36,978 bases of DNA from a virus (Duplodnaviria; Caudoviricetes). Below are positions 9,144 to 17,609 of the stretch, in pieces. The position numbers were made by a program, and so were the translations under genes. The notes under the pieces are model-generated. The model searched no databases and had not been told where the DNA came from. It worked only from the letters and a program-made list of their open reading frames with translations. Location: positions 1-36,978 of the IMG/VR virus record IMGVR_UViG_3300048576_000525, one strand, 5' to 3'. Numbering within the stretch: the first letter of the stretch is position 1; each line of letters starts with the position of its first letter.

Positions 9144-10991
9144 TTAGGCCTGGGCGTCCACGCAGGCCGCGAAGGACTGCACATGGCGCAGGTTGATGTC
9201 CACGAGCTGCGTGGAGATCACCCGGATCAGGCCCTTGTCCGCGAGGCTGTAGGGGTCGGTGATGATCTCGAGCGCGCCCCACTCCAGGACCAGCAGCTCC
9301 TGCCACGCGCCGAACAGAATCGCGCTCAGGTTGGTGCCGGAGCCCTTGGTGAGGTTCGAGGCCACCTGGTTGGTCGCCATGGCCTTGTAGCCGTTGATGG
9401 TGTTGTCCTTGTTCCAGATCCAGGTGGACCCGGCGACAGCGGATTCCAGGGTCTTCTTGAGCTTCCCGCGCACCTTCGTGTTGGTCAGGTAACCCATGTT
9501 CCCGTCGTCCGCGTTGGCGTTGGCCAGGGCGGTCTCCAGGTCCACCACCGTGTCCCAGGTGGGCGCACCACCGTTGGTCCCGACCGCAACGGACCCGATG
9601 CCGCTGAAGTTCAGGATGCCCCTGGGCTGGTTGGACGACCCGAGGCCATGGACGCCACAGCGGTCAACCTCCAGCGCGTGGGCGCTCGCCAGGTCGGCGG
9701 TCACGTAGTTGTCCGCGTAGCCGCTGGTCTGCACGAGCAGCTGCTTGCTGTACTGCCGCTGCGCCATGAGCTGCTTGGGGCTCATGGAGAAGGTCTCCAG
9801 CGTGGGGTCGCTGTTGCTCACGGCCGAGGCGGGGTTGTCTCCGGTCCAGGTCGCGCTGCCTCCGGTGATCTGGCGCGCGAAGGGCACGACGCCGACCATG
9901 CCGGGCAGATACGTGGCTCCCATCTGCAGCAGGCGGGCCTTGGCCCGCAGGAGCTCGATGAAGGTCACAGGCTGCTGCGAGACCAGGCCCGCGGCCGTGG
10001 CGGTGACGGCGGCATCGAGCGCGCGGAGCTTGACCGCGGTGGGGATGAAGATGCCGTTGGTCTCGCGCCCCAGGCGCTTGGCGAGATCCTGGGACACCTC
10101 ACGCTCGAGGCCGTTGGTGCCGGTCGCGGCGAGCAGGATGGCGCGCGCGATGGAATACTCGCGCTCCTCCTTCTCGTTCATGCCGCTCTGCGGGGGCTGG
10201 TCGCCCAGGGGCTTCCCACCGCGGGCCACCATCTCGTCCAGCATGATCTTGCGCAGCTGCTCTTCCTTGGCGCCCTCGCCCATGGCCTTGCGGACCTTGT
10301 CGGTCACGCCGAGACGCTGGGCCTGGTCCAGGATGTTGAGCACCTGCTCGGGGGTGAGCTCCCTGACCTCGGGAGCGGAGGGAGCGGGGGCCGCCGGAGC
10401 GGCCGGGGTGTTGGGGGTTTCCGGCATGCGGACCTCCTGTTGGCCGGCCCCGGAGGCCGGTAGGGTTGTGGGTGGTTCCGGGGTGTCCCCGGGGTTGGCA
10501 CTGCGGCCGATGCCCACGGCGTCATCCGCGGGCACGGAAACGATGGAGGCCTCGTAGGGCATCCAATTCGTGAAGCGGTAGCTGTCGGGCGCGCCGTTCG
10601 CACCCTTGGTCATCACGTAGTCCGTGGTGTCGTAGCCCACGGAGACCTTCGTGCGGATGCCGTCCAGCACGTCCTGCCAGATCTCCTCAGCGCGCGCGGA
10701 CTTGCCGAAACGCACGACGCAGCGCAGCACGCGGTCAGGGTCCAGGCGCGCGGATTCCACGACGCCGATCTGGTCGCGCATGTTGTGGTCCATGAGCAGA
10801 GCCGCGGAGTTCAGCAGGCGCGAGAGATCCACCTCGCCGGGCCCGTGGCCCAGGATCTCCGTCCCGTACCAGCGCTCGTACGGCGTCTCGCTGGAGAGTG
10901 CGAGCTCAACCGTCCGCGCCTCCTGATTGATCGCGGAGCGCTCGACAGAAAATGTCCGCTCGTAGCGGCCCTTGATCTCACGCGTCGCCAT
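9144..10991 (-). CDS. Fused HK97-type prohead protease + major capsid protein
   Basis: N-term LLMDHN...IGVV, KVSVGY, PYEASIVSVPAD (protease); C-term HK97-fold capsid motifs; RBS AAGGAGG before ATG 10991. Confidence 0.92.
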   Translation of the reverse strand: MATREIKGRYERTFSVERSAINQEARTVELALSSETPYERWYGTEILGHGPGEVDLSRLLNSAALLMDHNMRDQIGVVESARLDPDRVLRCVVRFGKSARAEEIWQDVLDGIRTKVSVGYDTTDYVMTKGANGAPDSYRFTNWMPYEASIVSVPADDAVGIGRSANPGDTPEPPTTLPASGAGQQEVRMPETPNTPAAPAAPAPSAPEVRELTPEQVLNILDQAQRLGVTDKVRKAMGEGAKEEQLRKIMLDEMVARGGKPLGDQPPQSGMNEKEEREYSIARAILLAATGTNGLEREVSQDLAKRLGRETNGIFIPTAVKLRALDAAVTATAAGLVSQQPVTFIELLRAKARLLQMGATYLPGMVGVVPFARQITGGSATWTGDNPASAVSNSDPTLETFSMSPKQLMAQRQYSKQLLVQTSGYADNYVTADLASAHALEVDRCGVHGLGSSNQPRGILNFSGIGSVAVGTNGGAPTWDTVVDLETALANANADDGNMGYLTNTKVRGKLKKTLESAVAGSTWIWNKDNTINGYKAMATNQVASNLTKGSGTNLSAILFGAWQELLVLEWGALEIITDPYSLADKGLIRVISTQLVDINLRHVQSFAACVDAQA

Positions 10992-12462
10992 CGGCGTCCT
11001 CCTTGTCGCTCGATTCCTCTTCACCGGCCTTCGGCGCGGACTTCGGGGCCGCCACCGTGGGCACCATGCCGGCCCCCTTCAGGGCCTCTTCCTCGGCCAC
11101 GAGCTCCGCCAGCACGTCCTGGAAGTCGATTCCCTGCTCCGCGAGGATCCGCGTGCGGCTCGTGGTGCGGTTCTTCAGGGCTGTGTCGCGGGCGGTCCCA
11201 TCAGCCTTGGGGTCCACGGACTCCCATCCGCGCGGGCACCACGCATGATCGAAGAGGCGCTCGTATCCATAGCCCGCAGGCAGTGCGAGGCGCCCCGTGA
11301 GCTGCGCAGCGTCGAACCAAGGCTCGAAGACCCAATCGAGGAAAGCGCAGAGCTGGTCCTGCTGCAGCTCGCGGTAATACTCGCGATCATCCTGCGTTCC
11401 CTGGCGGATGGAACTGAAGGACACCTCCGTCAGGTCCGACGCCAGCGCCGCGTAGGAGATCCCCATGCCGCTCGCAATACCCTTGAGCATGGCCTTGGAG
11501 AACTCAGCAAAGGCCGTCGTGGGGTGCTGGACATCGGGAATGATGGGCTTGTACCCGGCGGGCAGGCCGTGCCACCGGATGTCACCAGGCACCTGAGCAG
11601 CCGCGTCAGCGGGATCTGCCAGGGGAAGGCCATTCCGCAGCGGCGCCCCATCCTCGTCCAGCTGGTCAAACTCGGAGCTGAGGAACCCGGGGCGTTCCGA
11701 CTCCTGCCGAGCCGCCGAGACCTCCGCCTCCCAGTAGTGGCAGAGCATGTCCAGGAGGAACATCGCGGACGCCGTCCAGGGCATCCCACGCGTCTGGAGC
11801 GGGCGCTCCGGGTCGTAGCCGTGGAAGACCTCGGAGGCAGGGATGCGGATCTTCTGAGCGCGCGAGTAGAGCGTGGATGCCTGCGCGGGGTCCGAGAACC
11901 AGTAGGCGACTGGTGCCCCGAAGGCGTCCAACTCGATCCCCATGACGATGGCGTTGAGACCGCCGCCAGCGGGCCGATTGAAGCCCACGTCCAGAAGATC
12001 CGCGTCCAGAAACTGGATCGCGAAACCGTATTTCCCGCGGCCCCACACGCGGCGGACGAAGACCTCACCGTCCACCGCCATCGTGCGCAGGAACAAGCGC
12101 AGCGCCTGGGGCCCGGAGAATCGGCCGCACACCGTGAAGTTGCCGCGACGCAGGAAATCCTGCCACCCAGCCTCGATGCGCGACTGGTAGGGTCCTGGCG
12201 CCTTGGACTGCAGCGTGACGCCCTTGGCGCCCACCACCTGTCCACCCAGCGTGCGCACGTAGCGCCGCATGAAGGGGTTGTTGTTCACCAGCAGCCGTGA
12301 GTTCCGCCGCGTGGCCACTGCGTCTTTCTTCAGCTCCTGGTCCTTGTGCTGCAGCGACCCGAAGGGCATGCCGCCGTTGAGGTGAGCCGCGACGTAGTGG
12401 CGCTTCTTGGGCTCCTGCCGGGGCTTCTCCTCCGGGAGGGGAGTGGGCGTCCAGTCGGACAT
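10978..12462 (-). CDS. Portal protein, lambda family
   Basis: RRNSRLLVNNNP, DGEVF, GIELDAFGAPVAYW, RPLQTRGMP, DLTEVSFSSIRQG, PRGWESVDPKAD; start at ATG 12462 or GTG 12480. Confidence 0.93.
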   Translation of the reverse strand: MSDWTPTPLPEEKPRQEPKKRHYVAAHLNGGMPFGSLQHKDQELKKDAVATRRNSRLLVNNNPFMRRYVRTLGGQVVGAKGVTLQSKAPGPYQSRIEAGWQDFLRRGNFTVCGRFSGPQALRLFLRTMAVDGEVFVRRVWGRGKYGFAIQFLDADLLDVGFNRPAGGGLNAIVMGIELDAFGAPVAYWFSDPAQASTLYSRAQKIRIPASEVFHGYDPERPLQTRGMPWTASAMFLLDMLCHYWEAEVSAARQESERPGFLSSEFDQLDEDGAPLRNGLPLADPADAAAQVPGDIRWHGLPAGYKPIIPDVQHPTTAFAEFSKAMLKGIASGMGISYAALASDLTEVSFSSIRQGTQDDREYYRELQQDQLCAFLDWVFEPWFDAAQLTGRLALPAGYGYERLFDHAWCPRGWESVDPKADGTARDTALKNRTTSRTRILAEQGIDFQDVLAELVAEEEALKGAGMVPTVAAPKSAPKAGEEESSDKEDADGDA

Positions 12463-12476
12463 GCGCACGCCGGGGA

Positions 12477-12974
12477 TCACAGGCGCACCCGCGTGCACAC
12501 GGGGTAGCCCCGCTCGCGCCGAACCTTGAACGCGTAAAATCCGCGCAGCCTCAGCAGCTCCGAGCGGTCCTTCTTGACGCGCACACCGTCCAGCTCGCAC
12601 TCCACGGTGGCGGAGCCCACGGAGGCCTCGAGGGCCTGCTCGATCGACGCGAGGCAGCGCTCGGCGTGCGTCCGAGGATCGTGGGTCGTGCTGGGGTCCG
12701 GGAGCACCACCAGCTGGCCCGTGCCCACCGTCCGCACGTCCGTGCCATCGGTAGCGCGCGCCGTCCAGGCATAGGCTCCGGCGGTCCACGTTGCGGTGGT
12801 GGCCGCGGCAACGGACACCACGTGATCGGCCCCAGACGCGGCGGCCACGATCGCGATCGGAGCCGCCCCGGCGCGCTGGAGGTAGTAGGTGAGGGTCCAC
12901 GCAGGCGCAGGCGTGTCCTGGAGCTGGACGCTCCATGTCACCGTGTCGCCAGCTCGCACCTGAGTGGGTTCCAC
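12477..12974 (-). CDS. Head-tail adaptor (gpW-like, with N-terminal extension)
   Basis: GTG with GGAGG RBS; EPTQVRAGDTVTW...WTLTYYL; C-term ELDGVRVKK...ELLRLR; directly upstream of portal. Confidence 0.7.
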   Translation of the reverse strand: MEPTQVRAGDTVTWSVQLQDTPAPAWTLTYYLQRAGAAPIAIVAAASGADHVVSVAAATTATWTAGAYAWTARATDGTDVRTVGTGQLVVLPDPSTTHDPRTHAERCLASIEQALEASVGSATVECELDGVRVKKDRSELLRLRGFYAFKVRRERGYPVCTRVRL

Positions 12975-13017
12975 CGCCCCTCCCCGGCACAGGTTCGGGC
13001 GGTATTCGACAGTGAGT

Positions 13018-13036
13018 GTTCTACTCGGAGTAGAAC
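13018..13036. promoter_or_regulatory. Perfect 9-1-9 inverted repeat, candidate late promoter/regulator site
   Basis: GTTCTACTC-G-GAGTAGAAC in the intergenic gap; 15/17 copy at 15110-15126. Confidence 0.5.
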
Positions 13037-13039
13037 GGT

Positions 13040-13327
13040 CTAGCGCTCCAGGTGCCGGTCCAGGCGCGTGATCCACTCCCGCAGGGTGTCCGCGAGGCCC
13101 CGGATAGTGGCCTGCAGCTCGCGCATCTCACCGCGCAGGGCCTCGGATGCGGCCTTCGCTTCGCTGTGCCCGTCCTCGAGGTCCGTCAGGCGGTCGTCGT
13201 GCTTCCCTAGCTCCTCACCGTGCACCTTCTGACGCTCCAGCACACGGCCGTAGCGCACCAGCAGGCCGCCAACGGTCACGGCCAGGCCTGCGAAGGCGAC
13301 CCACAGCCCCGCGGTCTCTGCCTGCAT
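13040..13327 (-). CDS. Single-TM + coiled-coil membrane protein of the lysis module
   Basis: GLWVAFAGLAVTVGGLLV then heptads; TGATG-coupled. Confidence 0.6.
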   Translation of the reverse strand: MQAETAGLWVAFAGLAVTVGGLLVRYGRVLERQKVHGEELGKHDDRLTDLEDGHSEAKAASEALRGEMRELQATIRGLADTLREWITRLDRHLER

Positions 13328-14118
13328 CACCACCTCCAGCCCGCGCCCAAGGCGGTCCTGTCTCCGACCTGCACCACCTGGAGATCTACCCTGCGGTAGC
13401 TCCAGCCCACGTACCCGCCCACGTAGGACCGGCCCTGCCAGTCCCGCGCTCCCAGTAGCCCCGCACGCCAGGGGCGCAGCGGCCCCCGGTCACGCGCCAA
13501 AGCCTCCGCGGCGTCAGCTCGCCTCTCCTGGGCCGTGGCACGCTCATCAGCCGCACCAAGGGCCGTGGTCAGGTGAGCCACCTGGAGGAGGCGGGCATCT
13601 GATATGCCCGCCTGAGCCCGGGCCAGGGCTGTGGCGGTGTCCAGTCTTTCGACCAGAGGCCCCACGCGCTGAGCCTCGCGGCCCCACTGGATGGCGGTGA
13701 GAGTGTCGGGAAGGGTCAGACCAGCAGCGAGGGGCGATCCCAGCACCACAGGATGGAGCCCCATGCCCACCAACTCGGATAGAGCGGCGGGTGCGGCAGT
13801 GCCAGGGTCAACGGGACGGGGGCCTGGGTCACGGGGCAGCGCGTCCAGGCGAGCCTGGAGAGCGTCCCGCTCGCGTTCCCGCTGCGCAGCCATTGCCCCG
13901 GCGGCACGCGCCTCTGCCTTGGCCTCGGCCTCACGCTGCTCTGCATCCTGGGCCCTCCGAGTTTCTGCGGCCAGGGCCGCTTGGTGCTCTGCCTCTTGGC
14001 GCTCCGCCGCGCATCTCCAGCCGCACAGCCCCAGCGCCAGGGCCGAGACGGCGACGGCGGCCAGGATCAGGCGGCGGGTGTTGATCGCACCCGAGGGGAG
14101 CCGCGGCAGGAGGTTCAT
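13327..14118 (-). CDS. Candidate spanin (N-terminal TM, coiled coil, C-terminal beta strands)
   Basis: RRLILAAVAVSALALGL, long Ala/Glu/Arg coil, C-term YVGGYVGWSY...ALGAGWRW; ATG 14118 coupled to the upstream stop. Confidence 0.5.
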   Translation of the reverse strand: MNLLPRLPSGAINTRRLILAAVAVSALALGLCGWRCAAERQEAEHQAALAAETRRAQDAEQREAEAKAEARAAGAMAAQRERERDALQARLDALPRDPGPRPVDPGTAAPAALSELVGMGLHPVVLGSPLAAGLTLPDTLTAIQWGREAQRVGPLVERLDTATALARAQAGISDARLLQVAHLTTALGAADERATAQERRADAAEALARDRGPLRPWRAGLLGARDWQGRSYVGGYVGWSYRRVDLQVVQVGDRTALGAGWRW

Positions 14119-14285
14119 CGGAAGACCACCACGAGGATGAGGGCCGCCAGGGACCCCGCGGCACCCAAGAGGCACGCCAGGAACAGGCACCCGTTGGCCA
14201 AGCTGTCAGGCCCTGCCGCCCTGTCGAGCCTCATGGCCGCCCACAGGAACAGGCAGAAGAGCGCGACCCTGATCCAGGCCATCAT
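14115..14285 (-). CDS. Small two-TM membrane protein (holin/antiholin candidate)
   Basis: 56 aa MMAWIRVALFCLFLWAA...CLFLACLLGAAGSLAALILVVVFR; coupled at both ends. Confidence 0.55.
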   Translation of the reverse strand: MMAWIRVALFCLFLWAAMRLDRAAGPDSLANGCLFLACLLGAAGSLAALILVVVFR

Positions 14286-14368
14286 TCCGCCGCCTCCAGC
14301 GTCTCCAGGTCTTCGTCCATGTGGACGTGGAGCTGTCCGCACTTGGCGCAGCGCATCACGATCCTCAT
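14282..14368 (-). CDS. 28-aa peptide with CxxC..HxH
   Basis: MRIVMRCAKCGQLHVHMDEDLETLEAAE; ATGA overlaps at both ends fill the gap exactly. Confidence 0.5.
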   Translation of the reverse strand: MRIVMRCAKCGQLHVHMDEDLETLEAAE

Positions 14369-14646
14369 GACCGCTCCCCGGTGGAGGGAATGCTCGTGGA
14401 GCTCACACCGTCCGCCGCAGGGCTCGGGACAGGTGCGCCAGGGTTCGGGGATTTGGAGCACCGTACCTCCGTCAGCTTGGACACGCCGTAGTTGCCGAGG
14501 GCCACGCCCAGCCAGAGGCCGACGTGCGCAAGGTCCGCGCCGTTGAACTCGCGCCAGACGGCCACCACCAGGGCCACAGCAGCACAGACGCGGCCCCAGG
14601 AGAGCTGCCCGCGCCAGTCCTGGAGGATCGTGCGGAGCTTAGCCAT
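14365..14646 (-). CDS. Holin-like membrane protein
   Basis: LQDWRGQLSWGRV plus two hydrophobic segments, directly after the putative endolysin. Confidence 0.6.
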   Translation of the reverse strand: MAKLRTILQDWRGQLSWGRVCAAVALVVAVWREFNGADLAHVGLWLGVALGNYGVSKLTEVRCSKSPNPGAPVPSPAADGVSSTSIPSTGERS

Positions 14647-15076
14647 GGTCCACCACCCGAATCCAGATAGGCTCCTTGGCCTCCTTGAGCTTGGAGAACA
14701 GGGCCTTGAAGGCGGGCGTGCTGGTGCCGCCAACGATGCGCCCGTCATCCGTCAGGCGCTGTCCGACCAGGATGCAGCCGTGCGTGTCCTCCACGGTGTT
14801 GCCGGAGTGGATCAGGATGCCGGTGAAGCCCGGCACGCCCTCCAGCCTGGGCAGGATGCGCCCGAATCGAGGGCTCACCACGTCCATGCGCACGCGGTAG
14901 CGCCCGGCGGGGATGGCCGTCTGGCCCCAGACCTTCTTGCCCTCATCCTGGGGCGTGGCAGGGTCATCCACCCGCACCACGTCCTCCAGCGTCCGGCACT
15001 CCAGGGCCCCGTCCACGTAGAGGTCCCCCGGCGTGGCGGTGCCGACTGTGGGGCGGCGGTAGAGGGTCAGTTCCAT
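14639..15076 (-). CDS. DUF5675-like protein, putative endolysin
   Basis: T.G.LYVDG...C.TLED, TAIPAGRY, VPGFTGILIHSGNTVEDTHGCILVG signature; sits among holin-like genes. Confidence 0.8.
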   Translation of the reverse strand: MELTLYRRPTVGTATPGDLYVDGALECRTLEDVVRVDDPATPQDEGKKVWGQTAIPAGRYRVRMDVVSPRFGRILPRLEGVPGFTGILIHSGNTVEDTHGCILVGQRLTDDGRIVGGTSTPAFKALFSKLKEAKEPIWIRVVDHG

Positions 15077-15109
15077 GCCCCCAGGCTGGGGCGGCACCGG
15101 AGGGCGGGC

Positions 15110-15126
15110 GTTCTAGTCGGAGTGGA
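15110..15126. promoter_or_regulatory. Second copy of the 13018 motif, upstream of the lysis cassette
   Basis: GTTCTAGTCGGAGTGGA vs GTTCTACTCGGAGTAGA (15/17). Confidence 0.45.
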
Positions 15127-15132
15127 CTGCCC

Positions 15133-17004
15133 TCACCACGCCCCCCCGAAGCCGGTCATCCCTCCCCCGCCACGCCGCGGGGCGATCCGCCGGACGGGGG
15201 CGGTGGGGGCATCCTCGGCCTCGGGATCAGGCTCCGGTGCGGCCTGCGGCGCCCGGGCCTGCAGGTTGCGCTGGACCAGGGCCTCGAGGTCGCGGGGGGC
15301 GTAGATCTCCAGGGCGGCGTAGCTGTAGACCACGCAGTCCAACACCTCGTTCCGCGTGTCCGGACCGTCCTTCTTCTCGTAGGCGCGCCGCCCGGACTTT
15401 GTGCAGGGGCGCTCGGACAGCAGCTGTTCAATCGTCCCTTGGTCCACGTCATTCGGCAGATGGACGTAGCCTGGGCCTGGCTTCTCAATCGCGAGCTGGC
15501 CGTAGATCAGGTCCTTCGCCGAGACTCCGTCCACCAGGCGCAGGGAGCTTTTTTTGGTGGCCCTGCGCACCAGTGTGCGCTGCGGCTGGGTCGCGCCCTT
15601 CACAGGGTGCGCCAGGCCGCGCATCTTCGGGCGCTTGCAGAACGCGTAGACAGGCTTGTTGTAGTGCCCGCCCACGTCCAGGCCCACGGCCTTGATCCGG
15701 TGCCCGTCCCAGTCCTGCAGGAGCAGCTCCTCCAGGCGGTTCCATGGCTCCTGCGTCGCGAGGTTGCCCGGGATCACGCGGTGCTCGATCAGCCAGAGCT
15801 CCATCCCGACTCCCACACCCCAGACGCCCACCTCGAGGCGCTGCGGTGAGGTCTGGTTGTCCACGCCGGCCACCAGCAGGGCCACCCCCTCGGGGACCTC
15901 GCCGGTAACGTAGCTTTCCTGCCGCGCCCGGGCCAGCAGCCCATCCACCTGGAGGTCGTCCCCTTCCCTGGGGTCCCACCACTCGCCGCACTGCGTGTTG
16001 ACCCACACCTGCAGCGCCTTCGGGCCCTTCCGCTTCGCCCGCTGGAATTTCGCGACCAGCGAGGCCATGGACCGCACCATCAGCCCATGGACCTGGAAAC
16101 CAGCGTGGTCGTCCACCTCCGGGTGCTGCGCGATCCACCCGCCGCCCTCGGACTCGGCCCGGTTGATCGCCTGGCGGAGCTGGTGCTCCGTGATCTCGCA
16201 CCCGCCCCCCCGGCACGCGTACACGGGGTCCTTCGGGCGCCCGTCGAACACCACCTGGCGGAAGTCGCACACCTGGAGGTGCCCGCAGTGAGGGCAGCGC
16301 CACCACCAGAGCCTCCAGTCGGATTCCTTCAGGGAGTTTTCGATGCGGCTCCGGCCCTTGATCGTGGGGGAGGAGCAACGGTAGATCAGGCGCCGGCCCT
16401 CGAAATCGGACGTGCGGGCCTCCGCCAGCTCCTCGAAATCGCCCTCTTTCCCGGCGCTCTCGTCGATCGGGATGCGGTCGATTTCGTCCATCAGCAGATC
16501 GCGGATGGGCTGCTGGGCGAGCCCCGAGGGGACGTTCGCGCCCACGCACACCAGCACGCCGCCGGGGAATTCCTTCTCCGTGATCGTGTTCGAGGTGTTC
16601 CGGCCCTCCCCAATGCGCTCCGCGAGCTCCGGGCAGTCCCGGACCATCGGCATGAACCGGGTCTTCGACCACTTCTCCACGGCGTGGATCGTGGGGGCCA
16701 CCGCCATGATCGGGCCCGGGTTGAGGTGGATCCTGGACCCCAAGATGTTGTTCAGGATCTGCGTCTTGCCCCACTGGGAGGGCCCCGCCACGGTCACGAA
16801 CTGGATCCGGGGGACGCTGCAGGCGTCCATGATCCCGCGCTGGTAGGGGCGCTCATCGCAGGAGAACCGCCCCGCGGCTGCAGAATCCACAGCGCTGAGC
16901 ACGCGGTATGTCTCGGCCCACTGCGTGACGGTCAGGTCAGGCGGGGGCTCGAGCACCGCCGCAGCCTCGCGGACGGTGCCGGCGGGCGAGGCGGTCGCGA
17001 TCAC
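15133..17004 (-). CDS. terL: Terminase large subunit, lambda gpA family
   Basis: PPPDLTVTQWAE, PYQRGIMDA, SQWGKT Walker A, LLMDEID, SSPTIKGRSRIE, CPHCG, AGVDNQ, RNEVLDC. Confidence 0.96.
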   Translation of the reverse strand: MIATASPAGTVREAAAVLEPPPDLTVTQWAETYRVLSAVDSAAAGRFSCDERPYQRGIMDACSVPRIQFVTVAGPSQWGKTQILNNILGSRIHLNPGPIMAVAPTIHAVEKWSKTRFMPMVRDCPELAERIGEGRNTSNTITEKEFPGGVLVCVGANVPSGLAQQPIRDLLMDEIDRIPIDESAGKEGDFEELAEARTSDFEGRRLIYRCSSPTIKGRSRIENSLKESDWRLWWWRCPHCGHLQVCDFRQVVFDGRPKDPVYACRGGGCEITEHQLRQAINRAESEGGGWIAQHPEVDDHAGFQVHGLMVRSMASLVAKFQRAKRKGPKALQVWVNTQCGEWWDPREGDDLQVDGLLARARQESYVTGEVPEGVALLVAGVDNQTSPQRLEVGVWGVGVGMELWLIEHRVIPGNLATQEPWNRLEELLLQDWDGHRIKAVGLDVGGHYNKPVYAFCKRPKMRGLAHPVKGATQPQRTLVRRATKKSSLRLVDGVSAKDLIYGQLAIEKPGPGYVHLPNDVDQGTIEQLLSERPCTKSGRRAYEKKDGPDTRNEVLDCVVYSYAALEIYAPRDLEALVQRNLQARAPQAAPEPDPEAEDAPTAPVRRIAPRRGGGGMTGFGGAW

Positions 17005-17474
17005 GGCTCGTCCTCCAGGCGCTGCGCCTCGGCCACCAGCTCGCGGAGGCTGGCCCGCATCTCCCGGTCCAGGACATCCTGGCGCTCCGCCAGCGTCTGT
17101 CCATCCACCAGGCGGGGCGCCACGCGCCCACCGTAGCCCAGGAGGTTTTGCTTCAGGCGGCCGAGATAGGCGCTCCAGGCGCGCACGGCTCCAGCGCGGT
17201 CCACCAGGGAGCCCGCCATCTGGTCCCGCTTGAGCTCCGCCATGTCCGCGTCGGCTCGTTCCTTCCGCTTCCGGTCGTCTCCGGACTCCTCACCTGGCGA
17301 CAAATCGGGGTTCAGCCAGGCCCAAAACTCGGACCAAACGTAGTAGCAGCCTTGCCCGGAGCCGTGTCGCAGCTTCTCCAGGTGCGGATTCCGCTGGATT
17401 GTTCTCACTGTCCGCCCCAGCAGGGCCGCAAATTGCGGCTGAGAGAGGCGATTTAGGTCCATTTTCTCGTTCAT
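17001..17474 (-). CDS. terS: Terminase small subunit (Nu1-like)
   Basis: N-term HTH (LSQPQFAALLGRTVRTIQ), RKERADADMAELK..GSLV; GTGA-coupled to terL. Confidence 0.88.
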   Translation of the reverse strand: MNEKMDLNRLSQPQFAALLGRTVRTIQRNPHLEKLRHGSGQGCYYVWSEFWAWLNPDLSPGEESGDDRKRKERADADMAELKRDQMAGSLVDRAGAVRAWSAYLGRLKQNLLGYGGRVAPRLVDGQTLAERQDVLDREMRASLRELVAEAQRLEDEP

Positions 17475-17517
17475 GAGGCACCTTAAATGAGCGGCGACAT
17501 GCACAAATTGCCTTTAG

Positions 17518-17574
17518 CTAGCGAATCCAGGCGGGTTGCCGCGATACCCTTCCCACGGCCCCCCGGAAGGACCC
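17518..17574 (-). other. Lambda-like cos region (cosQ GGGTCCT + cosN-like)
   Basis: Minus strand GGGTCCT-N25-GCGGCAACC-CGCCTGGA-TTCGCTA, paralleling lambda GGGTCCT-N25-GCGGCGACC...TTCGCTA (lambda sequence from memory); just upstream of terS. Confidence 0.7.
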
Positions 17575-17609
17575 AAACTCATATGAATGTCGATGAGCCC
17601 ATGCGCACC

